From an uncultured candidate division Zixibacteria bacterium (GTDB taxonomy: Bacteria; Zixibacteria; MSB-5A5; UBA10806; 4484-95): a stretch of 64,000 bases of DNA. This document shows, in pieces, positions 28,821-37,717 of this stretch. The notes below the pieces were generated by a model, which was given only the letters and a program-made list of their open reading frames with translations, ran no database searches and was not told the origin of the DNA. The stretch is from the NCBI GenBank assembly GCA_963668625.2, contig CAXXKA010000008.1, positions 544,001 through 608,000 of the forward strand, written 5' to 3'. Position numbers and translations under genes: made by a program. The stretch's first letter is position 1; every line of letters starts with the position of its first letter.

Positions 28821-30869
28821 ATGAGAAAACTCTTCTTATTATCCGTAATTTTAATTTTCTCTTGTTTCAGCGCTGCGGATATTTATGCTGATCCACCACC
28901 CAACAATGATTGTGTTAACGCTACCGATGCCGGGACCTTAAGTCTGGATACTCCTGTTCAACTCACCGGTACGACTGTTGAAGCAACTCCATATTGTGAG
29001 TCGCTAATACAAGATGATGCATGGATAAAATTTACTATCACATCTTGTATGGATATAATCATTGACTTCTGTGATGACCCGAATAAAGTTGATGAATTTG
29101 GCACGTTTTTATTCGCTGACTGTTCTTGTGATATATTCGCTAACTACAATCAGGTAGTCAATAGTTGTCTTAACGGTAATCCCTCTATATCCTGGTATGG
29201 CCTGGAAGCGGGCACCTATTACTATCGGATTATCCCACCCGAGGGTTTGGGAGATTCATATGTTTTAAATATTGTAGGCACCGAATGCGCGCCGCCGCCG
29301 ACAGGCGCTTGCTGCTATATGCAAGAAGAACAGATAATGTGTTTCGTGACCGACAATCAGAGCAGTTGCGATGAAGTAAACGGTACATTCCATTTAAACG
29401 CAAACTGTGATGACGTTGATCCGCGCAACGGCATTGCCGATATTTGCGAAACAGGTGCACAGGAAGGCGCTTGCTGCTACATGCAAGAAGAGCAGATAAT
29501 GTGTTTCGTGACTGACAATCCGGACAGTTGCGATGAAGTAAACGGTACATTTCATCTAGACGCAAACTGTGATGACGTTGATCCGCGCAACGATATTGCC
29601 GATATTTGCGAAACGGTTGTGCAGGAAGGCGCTTGTTGTATCAATGATGGTATGGATTGCACCGATGGTGTAACCGAAACTGATTGTTTCGATGTTTACC
29701 GCGGTGTCTGGATGGGCGAAGGTTCTACCTGTGGCTCTTTCGATCCTGAAGAGGGCTGGTCAGGCTGCCAGATTACCCCGATTGGCGCTTGTTGCATGAA
29801 TGATGGTATGGATTGCACCGATGGTGTAACCGAAACTGATTGTTTCGATATTTACCGCGGTGTCTGGATGGGAGCCAGCTCTTCCTGCGGCTCTTATAAT
29901 CCGGAAGAGGGCTGGTCAGGCTGCCAGACTACTCCGACTGGCGCTTGCTGTATGAATGATGGCATGGATTGCACCGATGGTGTAACCGAAACTGATTGTT
30001 TTGATATGTACCGAGGTGTCTGGATGGGCGAAGGTTCTACCTGCGGCTCTTATAATCCGGAAGATGGCTGGTCAGGCTGTCAGACTACTCCGACTGGCGC
30101 TTGCTGTATGAATGATGGCATGGATTGCACCGATGGTGTAACCGAAACTGATTGTTTCGATATGTACCGAGGTGTCTGGATGGGCGAAGGTTCTACCTGC
30201 GGCTCTTATAATCCGGAAGATGGCTGGTCAGGCTGCCAGACTACTCCGACTGGCGCTTGCTGTATGAATGATGGTATGGATTGCACCAATGGTGTAACCG
30301 AAACTGATTGTTTCGATATGTACCGAGGTGTCTGGATGGGTGAAGGTTCTACCTGCGGCTCTTATAATCCGGAAGATGGCTGGTCAGGCTGCCAGACTAC
30401 TCCGACTGGCGCTTGCTGTATGAATGATGGTATGGATTGCACCAATGGTGTAACCGAAACTGATTGTTTCGATATGTACCGAGGTGTCTGGATGGGTGAA
30501 GGTTCTACCTGCGGTGAATACGATGAAGAAACCGGTTGGTCGGGTTGCAGCGTCACTACTACCTATGAATACCTCCCCGGTGATGCTAACATGGCTGCCG
30601 GCTCGTGGCCGCCGAATGTAATCGGCGCGGATGTCACCTACCTGGTGAACTATTTCCGGGCTATCGCCGCGCCGTGTCTGGTCGGTGGTTTCTATAACTC
30701 GGCTGATGCTAACGGTGATTGTTCGGTAATCGGCGCTGATGTCACTTACCTGGTACAATATTTCCGAGGCGCGAACGAATTACATTTCTGCCCGGACTAT
30801 GAGCCAACCTGGCAAAGCAGCGGTGATTTACCGCCCGAGGCTCCCGATGGCTGGCCGAATTGTGAATGA
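28821..30869 (+). CDS. Secreted Cys-rich GACC-repeat protein with C-terminal dockerin-like (GDAN) domain
   Basis: Signal peptide; 2x54-aa and 6x52-aa GACC repeats; YLPGDAN...IGADVTYLVNYF / ADANGDC..IGADVTYLV. Confidence 0.85.
   Translation: MRKLFLLSVILIFSCFSAADIYADPPPNNDCVNATDAGTLSLDTPVQLTGTTVEATPYCESLIQDDAWIKFTITSCMDIIIDFCDDPNKVDEFGTFLFADCSCDIFANYNQVVNSCLNGNPSISWYGLEAGTYYYRIIPPEGLGDSYVLNIVGTECAPPPTGACCYMQEEQIMCFVTDNQSSCDEVNGTFHLNANCDDVDPRNGIADICETGAQEGACCYMQEEQIMCFVTDNPDSCDEVNGTFHLDANCDDVDPRNDIADICETVVQEGACCINDGMDCTDGVTETDCFDVYRGVWMGEGSTCGSFDPEEGWSGCQITPIGACCMNDGMDCTDGVTETDCFDIYRGVWMGASSSCGSYNPEEGWSGCQTTPTGACCMNDGMDCTDGVTETDCFDMYRGVWMGEGSTCGSYNPEDGWSGCQTTPTGACCMNDGMDCTDGVTETDCFDMYRGVWMGEGSTCGSYNPEDGWSGCQTTPTGACCMNDGMDCTNGVTETDCFDMYRGVWMGEGSTCGSYNPEDGWSGCQTTPTGACCMNDGMDCTNGVTETDCFDMYRGVWMGEGSTCGEYDEETGWSGCSVTTTYEYLPGDANMAAGSWPPNVIGADVTYLVNYFRAIAAPCLVGGFYNSADANGDCSVIGADVTYLVQYFRGANELHFCPDYEPTWQSSGDLPPEAPDGWPNCE
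29304..30563 (+). repeat. Intragenic tandem repeats: 2 x 162 bp then 6 x 156 bp
   Basis: Unit starts at 29304, 29466, then 29628, 29784, 29940, 30096, 30252, 30408; inner copies nearly identical. Confidence 0.92.
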
Positions 30870-30943
30870 ACTCCCTGATTCGAGTAATTAAACTCAGCTA
30901 CTACTTCTTAAAAGTGCTCTAACACTTTGACCTTGATCTACCG

Positions 30944-30971
30944 AAGGCGGCCTTAACGGGCCGCCTTTTTT
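30944..30971 (+). terminator. Intrinsic terminator
   Basis: AAGGCGGCC-ttaacg-GGCCGCCTT followed by TTTT. Confidence 0.8.
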
Positions 30972-31087
30972 GAGTTAACAATACGGCAACAATTTTGGTA
31001 TATCTGTGGTGTTTTCTGGTGCTTTCTGGTGAAGATAAAAAAATGACGGAGCACTTATAACCCCGTCATTTATATTATATCAATTTG

Positions 31088-31342
31088 CACTAGTGTCCGG
31101 TGTTTTTCGTTAAATTTTAAATTTCTCCTTGGAATTGTTAATGAAAAATATTTTCAGATATAATTATTTTATTCAGCGTATCATTCATCCTGACATATCC
31201 TGCCGATGTTAGGCTTGGTTTTCTGGTTTCCAAGCGCTGCTTGGAAACCTTCTTGAATCATGTAGAATGCGCATTCTGCCGGCAAACAAGCCACGTTGCG
31301 AAGCAGCGCTTCGCAACGAGATGAAAAGACCGGACAGTAGTG
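31088..31342. mobile_element. MITE-like element, copy 2 (inverted relative to copy 1)
   Basis: TIRs CACTAGTGTCCGG / CCGGACAGTAGTG; 9-bp TSD ATCAATTTG at 31079-31087 and 31343-31351. Confidence 0.88.
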
Positions 31343-31580
31343 ATCAATTTGGGAAAATTAATATGTAATTTTCGTCACGATTTTGTCACCTGGTGTTGTA
31401 ACTTGTTGTGTTACAAGGAGGTTTATGGGGCTCGATTCCCCGTAGCGCTACTTTTCAATTAGGGTTTGCTGAATAATTATTAACATCATAGTTTAGCGAT
31501 AGATAGCTTTGTTCTATAGTCATGCAAGTGAACGTGATTTTGAATAAATGAGCCTAAAAGTTTGCGCCTTGAGATCGAAG

Positions 31581-31875
31581 ATGTATCGTAAAACCAATTC
31601 AAATCAACTTAAATTCTAGAATTATTACTTACCATTTGACGGTAAACAAAGAAATGATAATCGGTGAGTAATTTTATCGAAGCAGATACCATGGGCAGAG
31701 ATTGAACAGAAGTATACATCCAATTTTTCCGAGAGCAGTAATACAGGTTGTCCTCCCTGATCGGCTCGTATTGCTTTAGGAGCGCTTATTATCATGGAGC
31801 GTCTGGTTCTAACTGATCGGGAGACGGTGCAGCAGATATCGGAGAATCCTTATCTTCAATACTTTCTTGGACTTT
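31581..31875 (+). pseudogene. IS5-family transposase remnant
   Basis: Manual translation MYRK...DNR*VILSKQIPW...RIALGALII..RL.LTDRETVQQISENPYLQYFLGL with internal stops, truncated. Confidence 0.75.
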
Positions 31876-32175
31876 ACATTTATAGTTAAGAAATCATTAC
31901 TATTTATTTGATTGCTATGACACAATAAATCTGTTGACGAGTTTTCGTTTTTAAAATATAAACAGTCAGGGCAATTACAATCACAAGCAAAGCATTCATT
32001 ATAAAAAGTCCTTATGCTGATACGGTTAGCTTATCGTGTTTAATGATTCGGCCGGTGACGGGTTTGTTTTATGTATATATGATGTCCGCTAACTTTAAAT
32101 CGAAGGAGGTTACAGGCTTTATAGATTCGTTACCGGTAATTCGGCTTATTGAAAATCAATAAGGGAGGTTTATTA

Positions 32176-32412
32176 ATGGCAGTGAAAAGAAAAGCTGTTA
32201 CCGTACGCAGACCCAAAGGTGGGGGATTTCGGATACCCAAATCGTTGCTCGAGGAGTTCACCAGAGCGCCTATTATCGATTTGGGGGGCGCTGCGGGTTA
32301 CTGGCCTATCGCACCGGCTCTATTGAAACGAGCCGATTTTTTCAAGAAGCTGGCAACCGATAAGCAGTTTTTGAAAGAATTCGATGTCATGATCGTACCC
32401 AAGGCGCGTTAG
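32176..32412 (+). CDS. Small basic protein, putative radical-SAM substrate/precursor
   Basis: 78 aa from ATG 32176 with GGAGG RBS; directly upstream of the rSAM gene. Confidence 0.7.
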   Translation: MAVKRKAVTVRRPKGGGFRIPKSLLEEFTRAPIIDLGGAAGYWPIAPALLKRADFFKKLATDKQFLKEFDVMIVPKAR

Positions 32413-32421
32413 TAACTACTC

Positions 32422-32461
32422 AGGGGGAGAGAGGTGGCTCTACTGCGCCTCTCCCCTTTTT
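32422..32461 (+). terminator. Intercistronic hairpin / attenuating terminator
   Basis: GGGGAGA...TCTCCCC followed by TTTTT, between small ORF and rSAM. Confidence 0.6.
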
Positions 32462-32496
32462 AAGCGAAACAAATTCCATATAAGGCGGATATTATC

Positions 32497-33549
32497 ATGG
32501 CCGTAAAATTCGAGCATCTCGATTTTTTACGAAACATAGCATTCATGCTGACCTACAAATGCTTTATCGCTTGCCCTCATTGCCTGTTCGATTCCGGCCC
32601 GGCACGCAAAGAACAGATGCGTCTGGCTGATGTTTCCGAGTGGCTTACCGGGGCGGCGGCTTACCGGGATGGTCATATCGGCGGGCTGGCGCTGACAGGC
32701 GGCGAGCCATTTGCCAGCCTCGATTTGCTGGAGAAAGTATCACGATGGGGCGCCCGGCTGGGATTCGTGCAGTCGGTTGTTACCAATGGCTACTGGGCCG
32801 GCAGTTACCTCAAGGCTTTGGCCACGCTCAAACGATTTCCGGCAATCAAGCTCATAGCATTAAGCACCGATGAGTACCATCAGAAATTCATCCCGATAGA
32901 GAATATCGAGAACGCCATACGCGCTGCTGACGAGTTGGGGCGAATCCATAGCCTGTCGGTTTGCACCGATAATTACGATAACCCGGCGTACAAGCGTACT
33001 ATCGATAAGCTTCAGCAAATAACCGAGCCGGAAAATATCCGTACGACGATTACCTTTCCTGTCGGTCGGGCGGAGCGAAAGGTTGATGGTTACCAGTATC
33101 GTATGAGCGCCGAGCCGGTGGTTTCGGTATGCTCGATGGCCAGCTCGCCGGTAATTTTCCCCGATGGCCGGGTGACCGGTTGTATCGGGCCGGTCGCAGT
33201 CAAGCTCGAGGGCAACCATCCGCTTGCCTGGGGCAGCCTTCGCGAAAACACATTAGCGGAGATACTGGATCGCGCCGAGTGTGACCCGGTGTTTCATGCT
33301 CTTCGCATATGGGGCCCGCATAAGCTGGTGTCGATCATCCGCGAGGCCGGCAAAGATAGCTGGCTGCCCAAAGAGTATCAAGCAGGCAGTATTTGCGATG
33401 TGTGTTACCGTCTGTTTAGGGATGACCGCATACTTGGTTTTTTGGATGATCTCCGCCGGGATGAGCAGTTCACGGAGAAGGTAGCCTACGGGCGGGTGTA
33501 CTATCTCGATGAGCCGCGGATGGCGGAGATGCTGGGAGTGGGAGTGTGA
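32497..33549 (+). CDS. Radical SAM enzyme with twitch-like C-terminus, EpeE/YydG-like
   Basis: CFIACPHC, TGGEP, TNGYW, STDEYH, SVC...PDGRVTGC, SICDVC. Confidence 0.85.
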   Translation: MAVKFEHLDFLRNIAFMLTYKCFIACPHCLFDSGPARKEQMRLADVSEWLTGAAAYRDGHIGGLALTGGEPFASLDLLEKVSRWGARLGFVQSVVTNGYWAGSYLKALATLKRFPAIKLIALSTDEYHQKFIPIENIENAIRAADELGRIHSLSVCTDNYDNPAYKRTIDKLQQITEPENIRTTITFPVGRAERKVDGYQYRMSAEPVVSVCSMASSPVIFPDGRVTGCIGPVAVKLEGNHPLAWGSLRENTLAEILDRAECDPVFHALRIWGPHKLVSIIREAGKDSWLPKEYQAGSICDVCYRLFRDDRILGFLDDLRRDEQFTEKVAYGRVYYLDEPRMAEMLGVGV

Positions 33550-33550
33550 A

Positions 33551-33958
33551 TTAACTTCTCAAGAACGCTTCGATTTTATCGATCGTACTTTCGAAATCAT
33601 CTTTGATAGAATGTTCCCAGACGACTAATACTTGCCATCCGAGTGAACGTAACTGTCTATTCTTTCTTTGATCTCTCGCTCTGTTCTGGGTGATTTTCTC
33701 TCGCCAAAAGTCGCTCGACAGTTTAGGTTCCCATCTGGGGTATTGCCAGCCATGCCAAAAGTCACTATGAATAAATACGGCTTTTTTCTCCGATGGCTTT
33801 GCTATGTCCGGTGTGCCTGGTACTCTTTTATAGTGTTTTTGGAAATATATTTTACGTTTCCTTAATGCGGAGAAAACCATTAGCTCGATCTTGCTATTCT
33901 TAGGCCGAACACGGCTCATCAAATAGCTACGTTGCTTTTTAGTGAGGCGATCTGTCAT
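33551..33958 (-). CDS. vsr: Very short patch repair endonuclease
   Basis: MTDRLT..QRSYLMSRVR..NSKIE, PGTPDI, FIHSDFWHG, FW..KI..N..RD, GWQVLVVWE. Confidence 0.92.
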   Translation of the reverse strand: MTDRLTKKQRSYLMSRVRPKNSKIELMVFSALRKRKIYFQKHYKRVPGTPDIAKPSEKKAVFIHSDFWHGWQYPRWEPKLSSDFWREKITQNRARDQRKNRQLRSLGWQVLVVWEHSIKDDFESTIDKIEAFLRS

Positions 33959-34000
33959 AAAACAACATATATGAGTTCGCCAAAAATTAAAAGTCAATTC

Positions 34001-35650
34001 TTAATCAGTTTTTAAAAGCGTTATTAATCGCCCTTTTATATTGTGATATACCGTTGTTAATTTTTCTTTTGCTTCGGATTGCAACAATGCTGTATGCATC
34101 AAAGCATCTCGGATTGGTTTATATTGTTTAGAATCATTTGTAAGCCCAATACTAGGGCCACCCTTATGTGGATCAATTGTACTAGCAAGATTATCCATAT
34201 CAAGATAACTCAACTTGCTTTTGTTTTGTCTTAATTCAATATTTACATTACCACGTAATTTATTATTTTTTTCCTTTTCTAATAATTCTTCGAATCTTTT
34301 TTCTATTGGGGCAGGGAGGAGTATTTTTTCATTCTCAATATATAATCTTAATAGATTTTCAGATATAAAACAATCAGCATAAGAGCTAAAATTAAACGTT
34401 GCATCAGAATGTAGCAAATTTACCCAATCTTTTATCTTTTTTGCACTTTTAGTATCCGCTGATAAGGCGTACTCATCAGCCACTGCATTAAACAATTCTT
34501 CAGACTTGCGATCTTTTGGTGTAATGCTTGGATTGTCTGGATCGCCATCCTTTTTATGATCCCTTCTAAGTTTATCCCACTGATCAAATATTATTGCAAT
34601 TACTTCTGATTTAAAAATCTCCAAGAAACTATTAAATTTAGGATCATCTGATACTATATTTTCTCTACTACTAGTAAATCTATCCTTTTCATCATCCAAT
34701 TCATTATAATGAATTTGTCCATATAGGTAACTCTCAACAACCCGAGCTGTTGGTATATGTTTCAATATATCTTTTTCTCTTAATCTTCCATTAACGAATA
34801 AATCTACACTTACTTTATGGTCAGTTGATCTTATCTTTAGATCTTTAGGTTTTTCAACTGAGGCTATAAATCCCTTAATTGGATGTTTAACCTTTAGCTC
34901 AATAATTTTTACTTTAATATTCTTTAGTCTGGTTCTTATAAAAGGATCATCTAAATTATTTAAATTCCATACGAACTCGGTTTTTGTTGCTAAATCATCT
35001 AAATCATCGAAATTTATTATTTTGTTATCAAAGTAAATATTAAAAGTCTTGTCAATTAAAGAGAATCGAAAATTTAACGCTACGATTTTTCTTAAATACT
35101 CAACTCTATTATATATGCCTTCGCGAATATGTTCAAAATATATAATTGTCCCTTGCGAATGATCTTTAGTCAATTCAGCGAACGAGTCTAATTTAATCTC
35201 TTCAAGGGGATATTTATCTGGGGTAAGATCTTGTTCGATTGCTTTATCAAGACCACTATTGTCAATTATTCCGCCGGTGTAGTCAGTAGCTTTTGTTTTA
35301 GATATAATTGTTATTTTTTCAGCGCATGATAATAATGCGAGCTTCCCAATGCCTTTTCTGCCGATGAAAGGCCTCCCCTTCCTAGACTTAAAGTGGCCAT
35401 CTTTTCTCTTTGAATATCCTATCTTAAGAAACATATTCTGAAAATCATCAGTATTCATACCTTTTCCATCATCTTTTATTATCATACTGCTTGAATCTCT
35501 GTTAATATAAACCCAAACGTTTTTCGCGTCAGCATCCCAGGAATTAGATATTGCTTCACCTAATACTGTCATAAAACTTCTATATAAATTTCTTCCAAGA
35601 TGATTTAGAACACTTAATGATATTTCAAAAGTAAAACGATCCTTAGCCAT
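34001..35650 (-). CDS. GHKL (MORC/HATPase_c-like) ATPase with C-terminal putative HEPN domain
   Basis: EAISNSWDADA, DDGKGM, GRKGIGKLA, QGT boxes; C-terminal ENLLR...YLDMDNL...IRDALMH. Confidence 0.8.
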   Translation of the reverse strand: MAKDRFTFEISLSVLNHLGRNLYRSFMTVLGEAISNSWDADAKNVWVYINRDSSSMIIKDDGKGMNTDDFQNMFLKIGYSKRKDGHFKSRKGRPFIGRKGIGKLALLSCAEKITIISKTKATDYTGGIIDNSGLDKAIEQDLTPDKYPLEEIKLDSFAELTKDHSQGTIIYFEHIREGIYNRVEYLRKIVALNFRFSLIDKTFNIYFDNKIINFDDLDDLATKTEFVWNLNNLDDPFIRTRLKNIKVKIIELKVKHPIKGFIASVEKPKDLKIRSTDHKVSVDLFVNGRLREKDILKHIPTARVVESYLYGQIHYNELDDEKDRFTSSRENIVSDDPKFNSFLEIFKSEVIAIIFDQWDKLRRDHKKDGDPDNPSITPKDRKSEELFNAVADEYALSADTKSAKKIKDWVNLLHSDATFNFSSYADCFISENLLRLYIENEKILLPAPIEKRFEELLEKEKNNKLRGNVNIELRQNKSKLSYLDMDNLASTIDPHKGGPSIGLTNDSKQYKPIRDALMHTALLQSEAKEKLTTVYHNIKGRLITLLKTD

Positions 35651-36722
35651 AATTTCTCACATGTTCTTTTATACTTTTCCCTATAACTTTGCCCAATCTA
35701 ACCGGTACTGCGTTTCCAATAAACTTGGCAATTTGTGCGATTTGAATAGTGTTACCGGGCTCATAAAATCTATAGTACTTGGGGAAGGTCTGAAAAATAG
35801 CAGCTTCCCTGAGGCTGATTGCCCTGTCTTGCTCGGGATGACCGAATCTACCATTGCCCAATCCGATACATTGTGTTGTCATAGTTGGTGCAGGTTCATC
35901 CCATTTCATCCTGCCATAAACAGAGCAGCGATATGTTTTACCTGATTTTTTCTTATGACAAGGCAGTTGCAAATCCTCACTCCAACTTTTAGAGCTACCA
36001 CCATCATGGGGTGTTGCTTTTATTCTCTTTACATTTTCAGCGCTAAGCTTTCTAGTTCGGTGAAGTGGATCCTTGGGATGAACATCCCCGTCTTTTATGG
36101 GTGGTAATTTATAAATTACATCCCTGACATGGATTTTATTATTTTCGTGAGTTTTTTGGACAAGCGAAATATCACCGAATCTCGAAGCCAGTAATACTAA
36201 ACGCTTTCTCCTTTGCGGAACACCATAATCTGATACATCTACTATTTTATATTCTGTTTTATATCCACATCTATCCAAGGTATCCAGAAATGTTTTAAAG
36301 ATGGGATATTTCTTGGTATCGGCCAAATTGCTTACGTTTTCCATGGATACTATATCCGGTAGCACTTGCTCTATAAGTTGAGCGAATTTCTCTAGTGGTT
36401 GAAGTTGTTGTTTGGTTACTCTCCTTAAATTATAACTGGAAAAAGGCTGGCAAGGAGCACACCCGGCTAGTACGCGAATAGTATCATCCTCATTTCCGAA
36501 CAATTCATTGATATCTTTCGCTTTCACATCTAAAATATCTTTACCAATGAAATTGGAATTGTTGTTGTACTCGAAACCGTATCTGCATGATTCATCATTA
36601 TCAATACCGGCGACCACATCCAATCCCTGTTTGATGAGACCATGTGTTAAGCCACCAATCCCACAAAATAAATCTATTACTTTTATTTTTGGTCTAAACT
36701 TTTTCATTTGTTTGTTACTCAT
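35643..36722 (-). CDS. dcm: DNA (cytosine-5)-methyltransferase
   Basis: DLFCGIGG, APCQPFS, MENV, VPQRRKR, REAAIFQTFP, IGNAVP; start uncertain (36707-36770). Confidence 0.92.
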   Translation of the reverse strand: MSNKQMKKFRPKIKVIDLFCGIGGLTHGLIKQGLDVVAGIDNDESCRYGFEYNNNSNFIGKDILDVKAKDINELFGNEDDTIRVLAGCAPCQPFSSYNLRRVTKQQLQPLEKFAQLIEQVLPDIVSMENVSNLADTKKYPIFKTFLDTLDRCGYKTEYKIVDVSDYGVPQRRKRLVLLASRFGDISLVQKTHENNKIHVRDVIYKLPPIKDGDVHPKDPLHRTRKLSAENVKRIKATPHDGGSSKSWSEDLQLPCHKKKSGKTYRCSVYGRMKWDEPAPTMTTQCIGLGNGRFGHPEQDRAISLREAAIFQTFPKYYRFYEPGNTIQIAQIAKFIGNAVPVRLGKVIGKSIKEHVRNYG

Positions 36723-36956
36723 TTGTTGTCTGATTTTAGTTCGATGTAACAAGTTAACCCAAAACACCAAAATATACCCTGTTATCTAAGATCGATCAAG
36801 TAGTTTTTCATTTTTTTTAAAATGCGATTAATGGTTTTAAATCAGAGGGATGAAATATATTTAGTTCGCCCCCCCGGAATAACGCGAATATTCCATTGTA
36901 TCATTATCAGAAAATATTTATCTTATACCAGTCGGATCTAACTTACGGAGGTTGTT

Positions 36957-37505
36957 TTGAGATATCTTGCCTTTAATATAATACTCGCTGTAATGCTTCT
37001 CCCCCTCGGCTGTGATGATAACCCCACCGGGCCGGAAAACGTGCTGGTGCTCTCCGATGGTTTCGAACGTCTGGGTAGCCCCACCTATACCGGCTGGCAG
37101 ATCGCGCAGGACTCGATCGAGTTTGATATCGATACGCCTGTCGAGGGTAGTGTCTACTCGTTGATGCTTCGACCGGGCAATGATATCGCCGGCACAGCCG
37201 AGAAGTTTCTCGATAACGAACATGGCAGCGGGATTTATCAATTCTCGGTGTGGGCTAAGATGTCCTCAGGCCAGCCATCGCAGACAGGCTACGTACAGTT
37301 CGGCGTGTTTGCCGGGGATGTCGTAACACAGGCGAAATCGACCCCGTTGACCGATACCTCCTGGGCATGGATTACGATTACCGATACCCTGACATTAGGC
37401 CAGGATGAACAGTTGTACCTGAAACTCTCCTGCGGCGCGGGTCACACCGGCGATCAGTGGTATTCTCTTTTCGATGCTGTCAGGCTGGAGAAAATTAACA
37501 GGTAA
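36957..37505 (+). CDS. Lipoprotein with probable beta-sandwich (CBM-like) domain
   Basis: Lipobox LPLGC; GGAGG RBS; YQFSVWAK...FDAVRL pattern. Confidence 0.6.
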   Translation: MRYLAFNIILAVMLLPLGCDDNPTGPENVLVLSDGFERLGSPTYTGWQIAQDSIEFDIDTPVEGSVYSLMLRPGNDIAGTAEKFLDNEHGSGIYQFSVWAKMSSGQPSQTGYVQFGVFAGDVVTQAKSTPLTDTSWAWITITDTLTLGQDEQLYLKLSCGAGHTGDQWYSLFDAVRLEKINR

Positions 37506-37717
37506 GGATATTCCCGAAAGCGCTCCAGACGGTTAGTGGCTGTTGCTATGGCTCGGCTTATCCCCGACTGGTACAATTCCAGGTAATAAATACTTTCTTG
37601 TATATAATTTATCGATAGATCAATATTTCATCTACTGTTCCAAAATAAGGCGGCCTTTTTTAAGAGCGCCTTATAATTTGCCGAAAACCAAGTAAGACAT
37701 ATATTTTGGAGGACTAA

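Larger units (their letters stand above)
21899..31451. mobile_element. Degenerate genomic island integrated at tRNA-Glu
   Basis: tRNA 3' end GGGGTTCGATTCCCCGTAGCGCTAC (21899-21923) repeated with one mismatch at 31427-31451; tyrosine integrase remnant next to the tRNA. Confidence 0.85.

Noticed and set aside
29304-30563. 156-bp repeats as CRISPR or DGR template/variable repeats
   Set aside because: Contiguous in-frame coding repeats without spacers; differences are not adenine-specific; no reverse transcriptase in the window
22055-31451. Prophage or conjugative element
   Set aside because: No structural, replication or conjugation genes; only an integrase remnant
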